Shown here: positions 1 to 8,980 of the stretch, piece after piece
Numbering within the stretch: position 1 is the stretch's first letter
Layout of the letters: each line of letters begins with the position of its first letter
Source: Vicinamibacteria bacterium
Lineage (GTDB): Bacteria; Acidobacteriota; Vicinamibacteria; Fen-336; JAGNNV01
DNA: 32,356 nucleotides
NCBI GenBank assembly: GCA_016650185.1
Contig: JAENWE010000053.1
Location: 1 to 32,356 of the forward strand
Direction of reading: 5' to 3'
Notes under the pieces: generated by a model
The model's input: only the letters and a program-made list of their open reading frames with translations
The model's database searches: none
What the model was told of the DNA's origin: nothing
Translations under genes and position numbers: made by a program

Positions 1-2
1 CC

Positions 3-1823
3 TTCCATCTGCGGTGGGCCCAGCGGTTGATCGAGGACAGGAACGACGGGCGCGAGGAATTCAGATTCGACTCAAAGACGCCAACGCTGCTTCCCGCCGT
101 CGTCCTCCGTAGGGCCCTTCTGGCCCAAGGCGTTCGGTCCGAGCAGGCCCTGCGATTCTCGTCCAGGATTCCCTCGCTCGTCGTTCTCGCCGCCCTTCTT
201 CTTCTGGTCGGCCGGCTTGCGCGAACCGAGGATCCGGCCACCTGGTGGATCGGCCTGCTTCTCGCCGCCCTCGACCCGAACCTCGCCGCCCACGCCTCGA
301 TCGCCACCACAGACCTCCCCTATGCGGCGGTGGTGCTCGCCCTGGCGGGCGCTATTTCCCTTCCCGACCGCTTGCCTGGAAGGCCTTGGCTCATGGGCAC
401 GATCATCGGGGTGGCCTTCGCAGTGAAGTACACCGCCCTCCTGCTTTTGCCCGTCGCAGGCCTCTTCCTACTCGTACGGAGGGGGGCCTCGCTGCGCCTC
501 CGACTGGGCCATCTCGGTGCGGCAATGGTTTCCGCAGGTCTCACCGTCAGCGTTCTCTATTTGGGGGTGGGTGTCTTTCAGCGCCTCGGCGACATTCCCT
601 TCCAGACTCCCATCCTCAGGTCGATCGCCGCCGCTCTGCCCTCCCTGCCTCTACCGATTCCGCGCGCGGTGGTCACCGGCATTGACGTCTCCATGGCGCA
701 CAACGACCCCGCCCACTGGGCCAGCTACATTTTTGGAGAGGAACACCGTGGAGGGGTCTGGTATTACTTCGTCGCGAACTGGTTCATGAAGACGCCGGTG
801 GCGCTCATTCCCGTCATCCTGCTCGGGATCTGGCGTCTGCGTCGGAAGTGGAGTGATTCTCCGGTCCTGGCCATGGGCGCTCTCTTTCTCATTCATCTTG
901 GATATTTTTCACTTTTCTTCTCCACCCAGATCGGCCTGCGATTCGCCCTGCCGTGCGTGGCCCTCGGATGCGCGCTCTCGGCCCGCGGTCTGCGGAACCT
1001 CAAGGTTGGATGGTTCATCGCCGCTGCCGCGCTTTCCCTCGCTGAGCGAGCGCCCTATTGGGGCGACCCCATCGCGTTCACCAATCTCTCAGTTTGGCCC
1101 AAGAGCCGGGCCTACTGGTACACCGCCGACTCAAACCTTGACTACGGACAAAATCGGAGTCGCCTGGCTCGCTACGGAAAGGAAACCGGCCTGGCCTTGG
1201 TAATGGGTCAGGCCACAATCACCCCGGGCCTTTACGTGATCGGGGCCAACGAACTCGTCATCTTCGACTCTCGCCGCTCGCACCGCTGGCTGGTCGACAA
1301 CAACGTTCCCGCCGTCAACGTTGGGTTCACGCATTTCGCTTTCTCCATCACCGGCGAGCGGTTCGACGACTATCTGAACGCCTCCCGGATGGCTCCCGCA
1401 CTCTTGGCTGGCGACGACGCGTGTGCGGGGGCTCTCCCTCATTTTCCCCCGGGGACCCAGATTCCCTTCGAGCAGACGGTCAACCCATTGGACGGACGAC
1501 TTTGGCTGGTCTGCTCAACGTCGCGCAAGGGCGCCGATATCGGCTTCATGGTGACGGCGGGAAGGGTGTGGTTCGGTCGGATCACGGGAGATGGGATCTG
1601 CGAGGCGGACCTGCTTCAGCAAGGGCAGCAGGCCTGGTTTCGGATCCCTCGCGGAGTCGACGCGCGCTTGTGCCTGCAGGAGATCCCCCTGCGGCGCTCG
1701 CACCTGCAGTACCAGACTCTCGGATACCTCACCATTCGCGGGCAGGGCGCAGATGTGGACCTTCGCCCCGTCCCCGCCGACGCATTCCGATTGAATGCCT
1801 CCGATTCCGTCGACCGCAAGTAG
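3..1823 (+). CDS. GT-C fold membrane glycosyltransferase (ArnT/PMT-like, GT39/GT83-type), 5'-truncated by window edge
   Basis: Frame is open from base 3 (FHLRWAQRLIEDRN...). About 10 hydrophobic segments. Motifs DPNLAAHASIATTD, AVKYTA, WYYF...KTP, QIGLRF and ADSNLDYGQ are typical of this family. Soluble Cys-containing C-terminal extension. Confidence 0.75.
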   Translation, partial: FHLRWAQRLIEDRNDGREEFRFDSKTPTLLPAVVLRRALLAQGVRSEQALRFSSRIPSLVVLAALLLLVGRLARTEDPATWWIGLLLAALDPNLAAHASIATTDLPYAAVVLALAGAISLPDRLPGRPWLMGTIIGVAFAVKYTALLLLPVAGLFLLVRRGASLRLRLGHLGAAMVSAGLTVSVLYLGVGVFQRLGDIPFQTPILRSIAAALPSLPLPIPRAVVTGIDVSMAHNDPAHWASYIFGEEHRGGVWYYFVANWFMKTPVALIPVILLGIWRLRRKWSDSPVLAMGALFLIHLGYFSLFFSTQIGLRFALPCVALGCALSARGLRNLKVGWFIAAAALSLAERAPYWGDPIAFTNLSVWPKSRAYWYTADSNLDYGQNRSRLARYGKETGLALVMGQATITPGLYVIGANELVIFDSRRSHRWLVDNNVPAVNVGFTHFAFSITGERFDDYLNASRMAPALLAGDDACAGALPHFPPGTQIPFEQTVNPLDGRLWLVCSTSRKGADIGFMVTAGRVWFGRITGDGICEADLLQQGQQAWFRIPRGVDARLCLQEIPLRRSHLQYQTLGYLTIRGQGADVDLRPVPADAFRLNASDSVDRK

Positions 1824-1834
1824 GCTCCCGTTCC

Positions 1835-2716
1835 ATGAATGCCCCCGCCCTCAGATTCAGGTCTACTCTGGTCGCCCTCGGCGCCTCGTTGAGCGTTTGC
1901 CTCTCCTCTCCCGCGAGCGCTCAGACCGCGACGCCCTCCGAAGCCTGGAAGCGCCATGTCGAGAACACCTTCGCGTTCGTCCTCAACCCCTTGGGGATTC
2001 AGGATGCGTTCGATATCTCCTGGACAAGGTCGCTCAGCGATCGCGACGATCTCCTTCATAAGGACGCGCACCTGGCGGCCGGAGTGTCCAGCAAGCTATC
2101 GCCAGCCTTCGAACGAATCGGCGGCTGGCTCGAATACTCACCCCTGTCGGTGATCGATTTGCGCGTGGGAGTGGAGCCTGTCTACTACTTCGGCACTTAC
2201 AAGGTGTTCCTTCCCTTCGATAGGGCCGCGGCCCGATTCGACGATGACGTGATCGAGTCCAGGGTGGATGAAGCCGCCTCAGGGTTCGCGGGCCGCCTCT
2301 ATCTCTCGCCCACCCTCAAGGCAAAGGCCGGGCCGGTGGCAGCAAGAGTTCGCGCCGAGATAGCCTTCTGGAAGGCGCAGAAGAAAGGTGAACCCTTCTA
2401 CTACGAGCCAGCTCTGGACACCCTTATCAAGGCCTCGGGTTCGAGAGTCCTGACCTTGGAGGCGCTGGCCCTGCGGGAATTTCGGCTCTCCAGCGGCACA
2501 ACTCTGCGGGTCGGCCCCGTCTACGATCTGACCACGGTCAGCGACGCGCGGGTCAATCGAAAGCAGGATGTGGGGCTGCTCGCGGTGTGGTCGAAATCGG
2601 GAGCTTTCCACGCGTTCACGGATCCCACGATCGCCGCCAAGCTGATTTATTTCCTGGAGGACCCGTGGCGCCGCCACGAGGCGGCGGCCCAGATCGCCTT
2701 CATCTTCGGTCTGTGA
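1835..2716 (+). CDS. Secreted hypothetical protein, probable outer-membrane beta-barrel
   Basis: ATG at 1835, 11 nt after the upstream stop. Signal peptide (…VCLSSPASA|QTA), alternating amphipathic strands and a hydrophobic C-terminal strand (AAAQIAFIFGL). The ORF-track extension to 1421 overlaps the upstream gene and is rejected. Confidence 0.6.
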   Translation: MNAPALRFRSTLVALGASLSVCLSSPASAQTATPSEAWKRHVENTFAFVLNPLGIQDAFDISWTRSLSDRDDLLHKDAHLAAGVSSKLSPAFERIGGWLEYSPLSVIDLRVGVEPVYYFGTYKVFLPFDRAAARFDDDVIESRVDEAASGFAGRLYLSPTLKAKAGPVAARVRAEIAFWKAQKKGEPFYYEPALDTLIKASGSRVLTLEALALREFRLSSGTTLRVGPVYDLTTVSDARVNRKQDVGLLAVWSKSGAFHAFTDPTIAAKLIYFLEDPWRRHEAAAQIAFIFGL

Positions 2717-2741
2717 TCGGGGCCGTGTTCCTTGCCGCGGC

Positions 2742-2904
2742 CTAGTGTCCCGTAACAGAAGTACGGCACATAACTCGCCGCCGATGCATCCCGGATCGCT
2801 GCGTTTCGTCATTGCATATGCTGGATATGCGGCCTCCTCGGCGCCTTGCGCTCCGGGCGCCTCGACGCTCAATTGGCATACCTATTTGAGGGCCACCACA
2901 CTAG
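2742..2904. mobile_element. MITE-like palindromic element, 163 bp, CTAG at both ends
   Basis: Terminal inverted repeat CTAGTGT (2742-2748) / ACACTAG (2898-2904). Nested inverted repeats CCCGGATCGC (2790-2799) / GCGCTCCGGG (2848-2857) and GCATAT (2814-2819) / ATATGC (2825-2830). The right CTAG contains the mlaD stop codon. Confidence 0.6.
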
Positions 2905-3839
2905 AAGACGCTGACCTTCAGATACTTCTTGGGGTTCGCCTTGAGGTCGGCGAGCAGGTTCTTCATCTCCAGCGACGTGGCGTTGACGCTCTCAAGGGTC
3001 TTGTTCAGATTCGTGTAGAGCAGGTCGTCCGTCGACATCTTCCCGAGTGTTCCTTCACCACGCTGGATGCGCCCCAGCACGGAGTCCAGCGCCTTCGTGG
3101 AGTTCTCCACTGTAGTGGCGGTCCGCTCGGCGGACGCGCTGAGAGTGTCGAGGCGTTTCATGGCCCGGTCAATCTCCTCCCGCGAGGTTGCCTTGGCCAC
3201 GTTGTCGGAGGCCTCCCTCATTGAGCTGGTCAGTGCCTTCAGCTCCTTCTGCTGCTCGATCGCGATCGACGACAGACGCTTCAGCAGGCTGTCCAATTCC
3301 TCGACACTGCTGTGGGTGCTCTTGATCATGGGATCAGAGAGCAGGTCTTGAACGCGGGTCAGGGTCTTCTTGGCTTCGCCCGCGATGTCGGTCGCCTGAT
3401 CCTGAAGGGTCGGCGGGATCTCGCCCGCCAGCACGGCTCCATTTCGCGCCATTTCGTGACCTGACCCCGGAATAACGCGTGCCACCATGCCGCCCAGGAG
3501 GCCGGCGCTGACCAGCTCAACGTGAGAGTCGCTCGGGATGGTGTTGTATTCGCCCTCGATCTCCAGATAGACGGAGACGCCCGAGCCCGAGATCAGAAAC
3601 TTCTGCACTCGGCCGATTCCCACTCCGCGCATCTGGACGGGATCGCCCTTTCGCACGCCGCTCGCGTCCTTCACCGTGCTCGATACGATGTAGCGCCCGC
3701 GGAACATGGCGGCGTCGGTAAGGGTCAGAAGCAGATAGAGGGTCACCAGGGTGCCCAGGATGACGAACAGGCCCACCCAAAGCTCTTGATGCTTCCCTCG
3801 GGCCGGCGGGGCCAACACCGCAGAGGTCTTGTCAGTCAT
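2901..3839 (-). CDS. mlaD: MCE/MlaD family lipid-transport protein with long helical C-terminus
   Basis: N-terminal TM (VGLFVILG), MCE motif ASGVRKGDPVQMRGVGIGRV, GEGTLGKM, and C-terminal NPKKYLKVSVF. Overlaps the ABC ATPase gene by 4 nt. Confidence 0.9.
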   Translation of the reverse strand: MTDKTSAVLAPPARGKHQELWVGLFVILGTLVTLYLLLTLTDAAMFRGRYIVSSTVKDASGVRKGDPVQMRGVGIGRVQKFLISGSGVSVYLEIEGEYNTIPSDSHVELVSAGLLGGMVARVIPGSGHEMARNGAVLAGEIPPTLQDQATDIAGEAKKTLTRVQDLLSDPMIKSTHSSVEELDSLLKRLSSIAIEQQKELKALTSSMREASDNVAKATSREEIDRAMKRLDTLSASAERTATTVENSTKALDSVLGRIQRGEGTLGKMSTDDLLYTNLNKTLESVNATSLEMKNLLADLKANPKKYLKVSVF

Positions 3840-4678
3840 GCTCGTACTCCAATTGATATCGCGTGCGCGGGTCCAGCGTCGTTGTCATCGTACGCGTCGT
3901 GCTCGATCAGCTTGAGGGCGGCTTCGGCCGCCGCGCGACGGTCGGCGAAAGCCATCACCAGGGGGTCTTCGCTTCGGCGGAACTCGTCAGGGGTCCCGAT
4001 GAAGCGGAGGGTCCCGTTGTCCAGCAGGGCGACACGGTGCGACATCTCGAGAGCGCCTTCGACGTCGTGGGTCACCACGATCGAGGTCACCTTGGTTCGT
4101 TCCGCGATCGACATGATGAGCCGATTGACGGTGGCAGAGTTGACCGGATCGAGTCCGGTCACCGGCTCGTCATATAGGATGATCCTGGGCTCGCCCACGA
4201 TGGCCCGGGCCAGGCCCACCCGCTTGCGCATGCCTCCGGACAGCTCCGCAGGCAGCTTCGACAACACCTTGGCCGGCTCCAGGTTCACGTTGACCAGCGA
4301 GGCGGCGATCCGGTCGAGCATCACCTGTGGGTCAAGGGTCTTGATCTCCGCGGGGTCGAGGCCCATGGCCACGTTCTCGTAAATATTCAGGGAGTCGAAG
4401 AGCGCCGCATACTGAAAGACGTACCGGACGGTCCGGCGCAGGTCGCGCAGACCCAGGCGCGTGGAGTGGTACACGCTTTCGCCGTCGATCCTGACGTCGC
4501 CCCGGTCAGGGGTGATGAGGCCAATGGTGGTCTTCAGTAAGACGCTTTTGCCGGTCCCGGAGGTTCCGAGGATCGAGACCGTCTCCCCGCGCATCACGCT
4601 CAGATTCACGCCCGAGAGGACGGGCGTGTCGAAACGCTTGTGGACGTTCTCGTACTCGATCGTGACTTCGGGATCCAT
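3836..4678 (-). CDS. mlaF: ABC transporter ATP-binding protein, MlaF/Mkl family
   Basis: Walker A GTSGTGKS, FQYAALFDSL, signature LSGGMRKRVGLARA, Walker B ILYDEPVTGLDP and H-loop VTHD. Lies between mlaE and mlaD. Confidence 0.92.
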   Translation of the reverse strand: MDPEVTIEYENVHKRFDTPVLSGVNLSVMRGETVSILGTSGTGKSVLLKTTIGLITPDRGDVRIDGESVYHSTRLGLRDLRRTVRYVFQYAALFDSLNIYENVAMGLDPAEIKTLDPQVMLDRIAASLVNVNLEPAKVLSKLPAELSGGMRKRVGLARAIVGEPRIILYDEPVTGLDPVNSATVNRLIMSIAERTKVTSIVVTHDVEGALEMSHRVALLDNGTLRFIGTPDEFRRSEDPLVMAFADRRAAAEAALKLIEHDAYDDNDAGPAHAISIGVRA

Positions 4679-4700
4679 GAAATCTTGAATCTCCTCTGGT

Positions 4701-5495
4701 CTAGTTCAAGAAGAGCGGCGGGAAGGTCGCGTCAACCACCAGGACGGTGATGATCATGAACACGACCGAGGTGGTCGTGTTTCGGCCCACGCCCTCGGCC
4801 CCACCGTGGGTAATCAGGCCCATGTGCACGGAGATCACCGGGATGGTAAAACCGAACACGAACGCCTTGGCGAGCGAATAGAAGAGGTCCCACGAGTGCC
4901 AGTAGAGGCGCGCACCGTAGAGAAACCCTTCTGGCCCGAGACCCATGGTGGCGCGAGCCGACACCAGGCCGGTTAGAACGCCGACCGCGTTCGCAACGCC
5001 TACCAGAATAGGAGTCACGATCATCCCGGCAATAACCCGGGGTGCGGCCAGGTATGGGACTGGATCGCGTCCCAGAGAGATCAGCGCATCGACCTGCTCC
5101 GAGACCGCCATGGTGCCGATTTCCGCGGTGATGCGGGCGCCGACTCGACCAATGAGAACGAACGCGGTCATGACCGGTCCCAGTTCGAGAACCACGCTCG
5201 AGGCCACGACGCTGCCCAGGACGTAGAGCGGAATCGAGGACGAGAACTGGTACCCCCCCTGCTGAGAGGTCACGATCCCCGACAACACAGCGGTGACCAG
5301 AACCAAGGGGAGGCTGCCGATCCCTTGCTCGTAGGCCTGGGCGAAGACCGACTTGAGCGACACCCCGCCCTGGCCAACGGCCATGACGATCCTCACCGTC
5401 AGGACGGAGATCTGGCCGACGTGGCGGGCGAACCCCATGCAACCACGACCGAAGCCAACCAGCAGGGATTGGGGGAGAGAGAGTAGCGAAGTCAA
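4701..5495 (-). CDS. mlaE: ABC transporter permease MlaE
   Basis: ELGPVMTA…GRVGARITAEIGTM…EQVDAL…PRV and GGAEGVGRNTTTSVV are MlaE motifs. TTG start. Confidence 0.92.
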   Translation of the reverse strand: MTSLLSLPQSLLVGFGRGCMGFARHVGQISVLTVRIVMAVGQGGVSLKSVFAQAYEQGIGSLPLVLVTAVLSGIVTSQQGGYQFSSSIPLYVLGSVVASSVVLELGPVMTAFVLIGRVGARITAEIGTMAVSEQVDALISLGRDPVPYLAAPRVIAGMIVTPILVGVANAVGVLTGLVSARATMGLGPEGFLYGARLYWHSWDLFYSLAKAFVFGFTIPVISVHMGLITHGGAEGVGRNTTTSVVFMIITVLVVDATFPPLFLN

Positions 5496-5551
5496 AGCAG
5501 CCCTGTATTTTGCATTCCCGTCCGCTTCCGACGGAAATCAGTCCTGTTCCC

Positions 5552-6877
5552 CTACTTAATGACCAGAAGACGGGTGGAATGGGGGTGGAGGAATTCGAGG
5601 CCGCGGGTGGTCAGTAGCGCGTCGTCCTCTATCGGCACCCGGAGCTTGGCTCCATCCCACTCTGGAATCGGGGTGTAGGCGAAGAACTCCACCGAGATCA
5701 TGTTCCCTGGCTTCAAATCGTAGGTCAGGCGTTTCGGATTGAAGAAGGCCATGGAAGGACCGGCCCCGTGCCCGGTGTTCCCGACCGAATGCATCCCGAC
5801 CATGACATCCGTGGTCTCGCCTCCATGCGGCTGATTGAACGTCTTCATCACCGAGAAGCCGGCGGCGGCGATCGCATTCTCGACCGTTTTCAACATCGAG
5901 GCCGCGGTGCCCGAGGGACGGGCCGTCCGCTTGATGACCTCCCGTACTTTCATGGCCTGAGCAAAGGCGTTGAGGTGACCGGCAGGAGGAGCCACCTCCC
6001 CGGACTTGAGAACATAGGCTTGGCGCTTCACGTCGGTGCAGAAGTTCATCAGGCACACGCCCCAGTCGATGGTCATGAAGTCGCCGCCCTGAATGATCCG
6101 GTCGCTCGACAGCCCCTCGATGCCGTTTCTGCCTGTGATGTAGACGGAGGGCATATCAAACGACGATCCGAAGCCGCGACGCAGCAACTCTTCCTGCATC
6201 CACCAAGCCACCTCTTCAAGGGTCGTCTTTCCCGGCGCGATGACTTCGTTGGATAAGGCTCGTTCCGCCAGCTCGACCGCGTGTTGGCCGGCCTCGGAGA
6301 ACGCCGCGATCTCGGTGGCCGTGCGCCTCGACCGAAAATCGGAGACGAGCTTCTCCGCGGAGACGAAACGAGAGGCATACGGCTGCCCCAACAACTTCGA
6401 GATCTTCTGAAAGCTCGAATGCGACAGCCCGTCGGCGGCGCCGATCTCGTCTGAATAGTTGAGGGCGATCCGCTTCGGATCCCGCTCCTTCACGAAGGCC
6501 GCCAGATCCCCTCCTCCAACGATGTCGTAGACCTCGCATCGCTCAAGCATGTAGCCATCGATGCCCAGCGCGGCCCGTTCGATCCGCTCGCCGCCGCGGT
6601 CCGTGAACACGTAATAGCCGAGCATCGCAGCCGGATACCCGCGACCCAGGTCCTCGTAGAGCGGATCGTAGGCCTGCTCCTGCAGGGTCACGATCCACAT
6701 GTCGACTCTGTTCTCCCGCATGGCCTCCGGAAGGACGTAATTGAATTTGTCCGATCGGATCTGGCAGCCCATCTGGAACCGCCGAAGGGCCTCCCGTCGC
6801 GACGGCGCCTGCGCCAAACCGGGAAGGGCCGGCAGGGCGAGGAACAGCGAAACGGCGCAAAGCTTCAGCATTTTCAT
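5552..6877 (-). CDS. Exported M24-family (Xaa-Pro aminopeptidase-like) metallopeptidase
   Basis: Signal peptide (…LPGLA|QA). Pita-bread metal ligands in IDWG, TDVKR, MHSVG, SVEF and IEDD. GGAG-like SD region upstream. Confidence 0.8.
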   Translation of the reverse strand: MKMLKLCAVSLFLALPALPGLAQAPSRREALRRFQMGCQIRSDKFNYVLPEAMRENRVDMWIVTLQEQAYDPLYEDLGRGYPAAMLGYYVFTDRGGERIERAALGIDGYMLERCEVYDIVGGGDLAAFVKERDPKRIALNYSDEIGAADGLSHSSFQKISKLLGQPYASRFVSAEKLVSDFRSRRTATEIAAFSEAGQHAVELAERALSNEVIAPGKTTLEEVAWWMQEELLRRGFGSSFDMPSVYITGRNGIEGLSSDRIIQGGDFMTIDWGVCLMNFCTDVKRQAYVLKSGEVAPPAGHLNAFAQAMKVREVIKRTARPSGTAASMLKTVENAIAAAGFSVMKTFNQPHGGETTDVMVGMHSVGNTGHGAGPSMAFFNPKRLTYDLKPGNMISVEFFAYTPIPEWDGAKLRVPIEDDALLTTRGLEFLHPHSTRLLVIK

Positions 6878-6924
6878 GTTGGAGTCCTCATTCGGTGAAG
6901 CCGTCCTTCGGGCGGAGGGCGGGG

Positions 6925-8343
6925 TCAGACCACCCGGACTTCAAGATCGTAGCTGTGGGCCTTGGTGACTTCACAGGTCACGAACTCGCCGCGGCCCGGC
7001 GGCCTTTCCCCCGGATCGGAGATCAAGACCGAGCCGTCGATCTCCGGAGCCTGCGAGGCCAGACGCCCCGACAGAAGCAGGTCCGTCTCGGGATGAGGGC
7101 CCTCCACCAGGACTTCCATTCGGGATCCGACCCGCGTCTTGTTCCGCCGGAGAGAGATCCTCTTCTGGATGCGCATGAGCTCGCGCTGCCTGGCCTTCTT
7201 GACCCTCGTGGGAACGCGACCCTCGAGGGCAAACGCCGCGGTTCCGTCCTCGTCCGAGTAGGTGAACACCCCCAGGTGATCGAATTCCGCCTGCTCCACG
7301 AAGGTCGTGAGTTGACGGAAATCATCTTCAGTCTCTCCTGGGAACCCGACGATGAAGGTCGTCCGAAAGGCCACGCCCGGGACGCGATCGCGGACCCGCT
7401 CCACCATCCCGAGCAGATTCCCCTTCCCGGTCGGTCGTTTCATCCGCTTCAAAACCGCATCACTGGCGTGCTGCAACGGCATGTCGACATACTTGACCAC
7501 GCGCTCTTCGGTCGCGATAGCGTCGAGGATCTCATCGGTAACGGTGGCCGGATACGCGTACATGACCCGGATCCAGCGAACGCCCTCGATTCGGCCGAGA
7601 CGTCTCAGCAGCGGCGCGAGGGCTCCGCGCTCCCCGAGGTCGAGGCCGTATCGGGTTGAGTCCTGGGCCACCAGCACGACCTCCCTGACCCCGGCCGCGG
7701 CCAGACGCCGAACTTCGTTCTCGATGTCCTCAGGGCGCCTCGAGCGATGGAGACCCCGCAAAGTCGGAATGATGCAGAAAGTGCAGGTGTAGTCGCAGCC
7801 CTCGGAGATCTTGACGAAGGCGGTGTGGGAGGCGGTGGACTGCAGCCTCGGTGAGTCCGCGTCGTAGATCCATTCGGGTCGCTTCGTCGTGCGATCAACC
7901 ATCGTGGCTCGCCCCTCGACCGCAGCCACGATCTCGGGAATCTGGCCCGTCCCGAGGGTGGCATCGATCTCCGGGATCTCGCGCCGCAAGTCCGCATCGT
8001 GGCGCTCCGCCAGGCATCCCGTCACGATCAACCGCCGCGGAGATCCATCCCCGGCTTCCGTTTTGAGCTTGGCCATCTCGAGAATCGTATCGATCGACTC
8101 CTTCTTGGCCCGGTCGATGAACGCGCAGGTGTTGACCACAATGACGTCGGCGGAGCCAGGATCGGTGGCGATCTCGTGGCCGCGACGCTTCAAGGATCCG
8201 AGCATGACCTCGGAATCCACCAGGTTCTTCGGGCAGCCAAGGCTGACAAACCCCACCCTCCGCGGTGCGATGATCGGGGCCGCGGGCGTGGCCAGGGAGA
8301 TCGGCTGCCAGTCAGCGCGGGCGGGCGGCGGGATGGGAGACAC
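6925..8343 (-). CDS. rimO: Ribosomal protein S12 methylthiotransferase RimO
   Basis: SLGCPKNLVDSE, NTCAFI…AKKESI and radical-SAM motif KISEGCDYTCTFCIIP. C-terminal TRAM domain with APEIDG. Confidence 0.95.
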   Translation of the reverse strand: MSPIPPPARADWQPISLATPAAPIIAPRRVGFVSLGCPKNLVDSEVMLGSLKRRGHEIATDPGSADVIVVNTCAFIDRAKKESIDTILEMAKLKTEAGDGSPRRLIVTGCLAERHDADLRREIPEIDATLGTGQIPEIVAAVEGRATMVDRTTKRPEWIYDADSPRLQSTASHTAFVKISEGCDYTCTFCIIPTLRGLHRSRRPEDIENEVRRLAAAGVREVVLVAQDSTRYGLDLGERGALAPLLRRLGRIEGVRWIRVMYAYPATVTDEILDAIATEERVVKYVDMPLQHASDAVLKRMKRPTGKGNLLGMVERVRDRVPGVAFRTTFIVGFPGETEDDFRQLTTFVEQAEFDHLGVFTYSDEDGTAAFALEGRVPTRVKKARQRELMRIQKRISLRRNKTRVGSRMEVLVEGPHPETDLLLSGRLASQAPEIDGSVLISDPGERPPGRGEFVTCEVTKAHSYDLEVRVV

Positions 8344-8348
8344 ATCTC

Positions 8349-8357
8349 AGTCTATCA
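8349..8357 (-). promoter_or_regulatory. Putative extended -10 (TGaTAGACT) 5 nt upstream of the rimO GTG; leaderless-type promoter
   Basis: Minus strand reads cttTGATAGACTgagatGTG-like (…gctTGATAGACTgagatGTG), with no convincing SD. Confidence 0.45.
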
Positions 8358-8471
8358 AGCAGGGCCTGAGCTGCTTGGCGGACCGCGCCTTGGGGTCCTT
8401 CTGCACACAGCCAGGCATCCGACGATGTGGCGGACGTGCCGTCGCTTCGTTGTTTCCGGGGCGCCGCGCCC

Positions 8472-8500
8472 CTGTCAACATGGGAGTCCTCATCTATTAT
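8472..8500 (+). promoter_or_regulatory. Putative sigma70 promoter of the che operon
   Basis: CTGTCA (8472-8477), 17-nt spacer, TATTAT (8495-8500), about 100 nt upstream of the REC gene. Confidence 0.55.
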
Positions 8501-8603
8501 GCATGGGCCCATCCCCAAGGGCGATGGAAACGGCCCCTTGCGGAACGAACTCGAAGTCTCTAAGAAGCAACCCCGAACTCTCAACCGCTGGAAACACGCT
8601 CCA

Positions 8604-8975
8604 ATGTCAAAAAAGACTCTTCTGGTCGTCGATGACTCCCCCACCGCCCTGATGATGAACACCATGCTCCTTGGCCGGCAGCCTTACAACATCGTCTCCG
8701 CCAAAGACGGGCAGGAAGCCGTCGAGAAGGCCATCGCCTCACCGCCGGATCTTGTGGTCATGGACGTCATGATGCCCCGGATGAATGGCATCGAAGCGTG
8801 CCGGGCCATGCGCCAGAATGAGAGTACGCGCCTGGTGCCGGTCATCCTCATCACCACCCGCGGTGAGGAGGAGTACGTCGCCCAGGGCTTCGCCGCCGGC
8901 TGCAATGACTACGTGACCAAACCCGTGAACGCGACTGAGCTTGTCGCCAAGGTTCGCGCCCTTCTCGGAGAGTAA
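8604..8975 (+). CDS. Single-domain response regulator (CheY-like receiver)
   Basis: MSKKTLLVVDDS…DLVVMDVMMP…ITT…YVTKP: acidic pocket, phospho-Asp, Thr and Lys all present. Start taken at ATG 8604, not 8427. Confidence 0.9.
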   Translation: MSKKTLLVVDDSPTALMMNTMLLGRQPYNIVSAKDGQEAVEKAIASPPDLVVMDVMMPRMNGIEACRAMRQNESTRLVPVILITTRGEEEYVAQGFAAGCNDYVTKPVNATELVAKVRALLGE

Positions 8976-8980
8976 AAAGA

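Noticed and set aside
8505-8603. Riboswitch in the che operon leader (GGCGATGG resembles the start of the fluoride riboswitch; c-di-GMP switches also considered)
   Set aside because: The remaining conserved elements and pairings are not present. An Rfam/Infernal scan would settle it.
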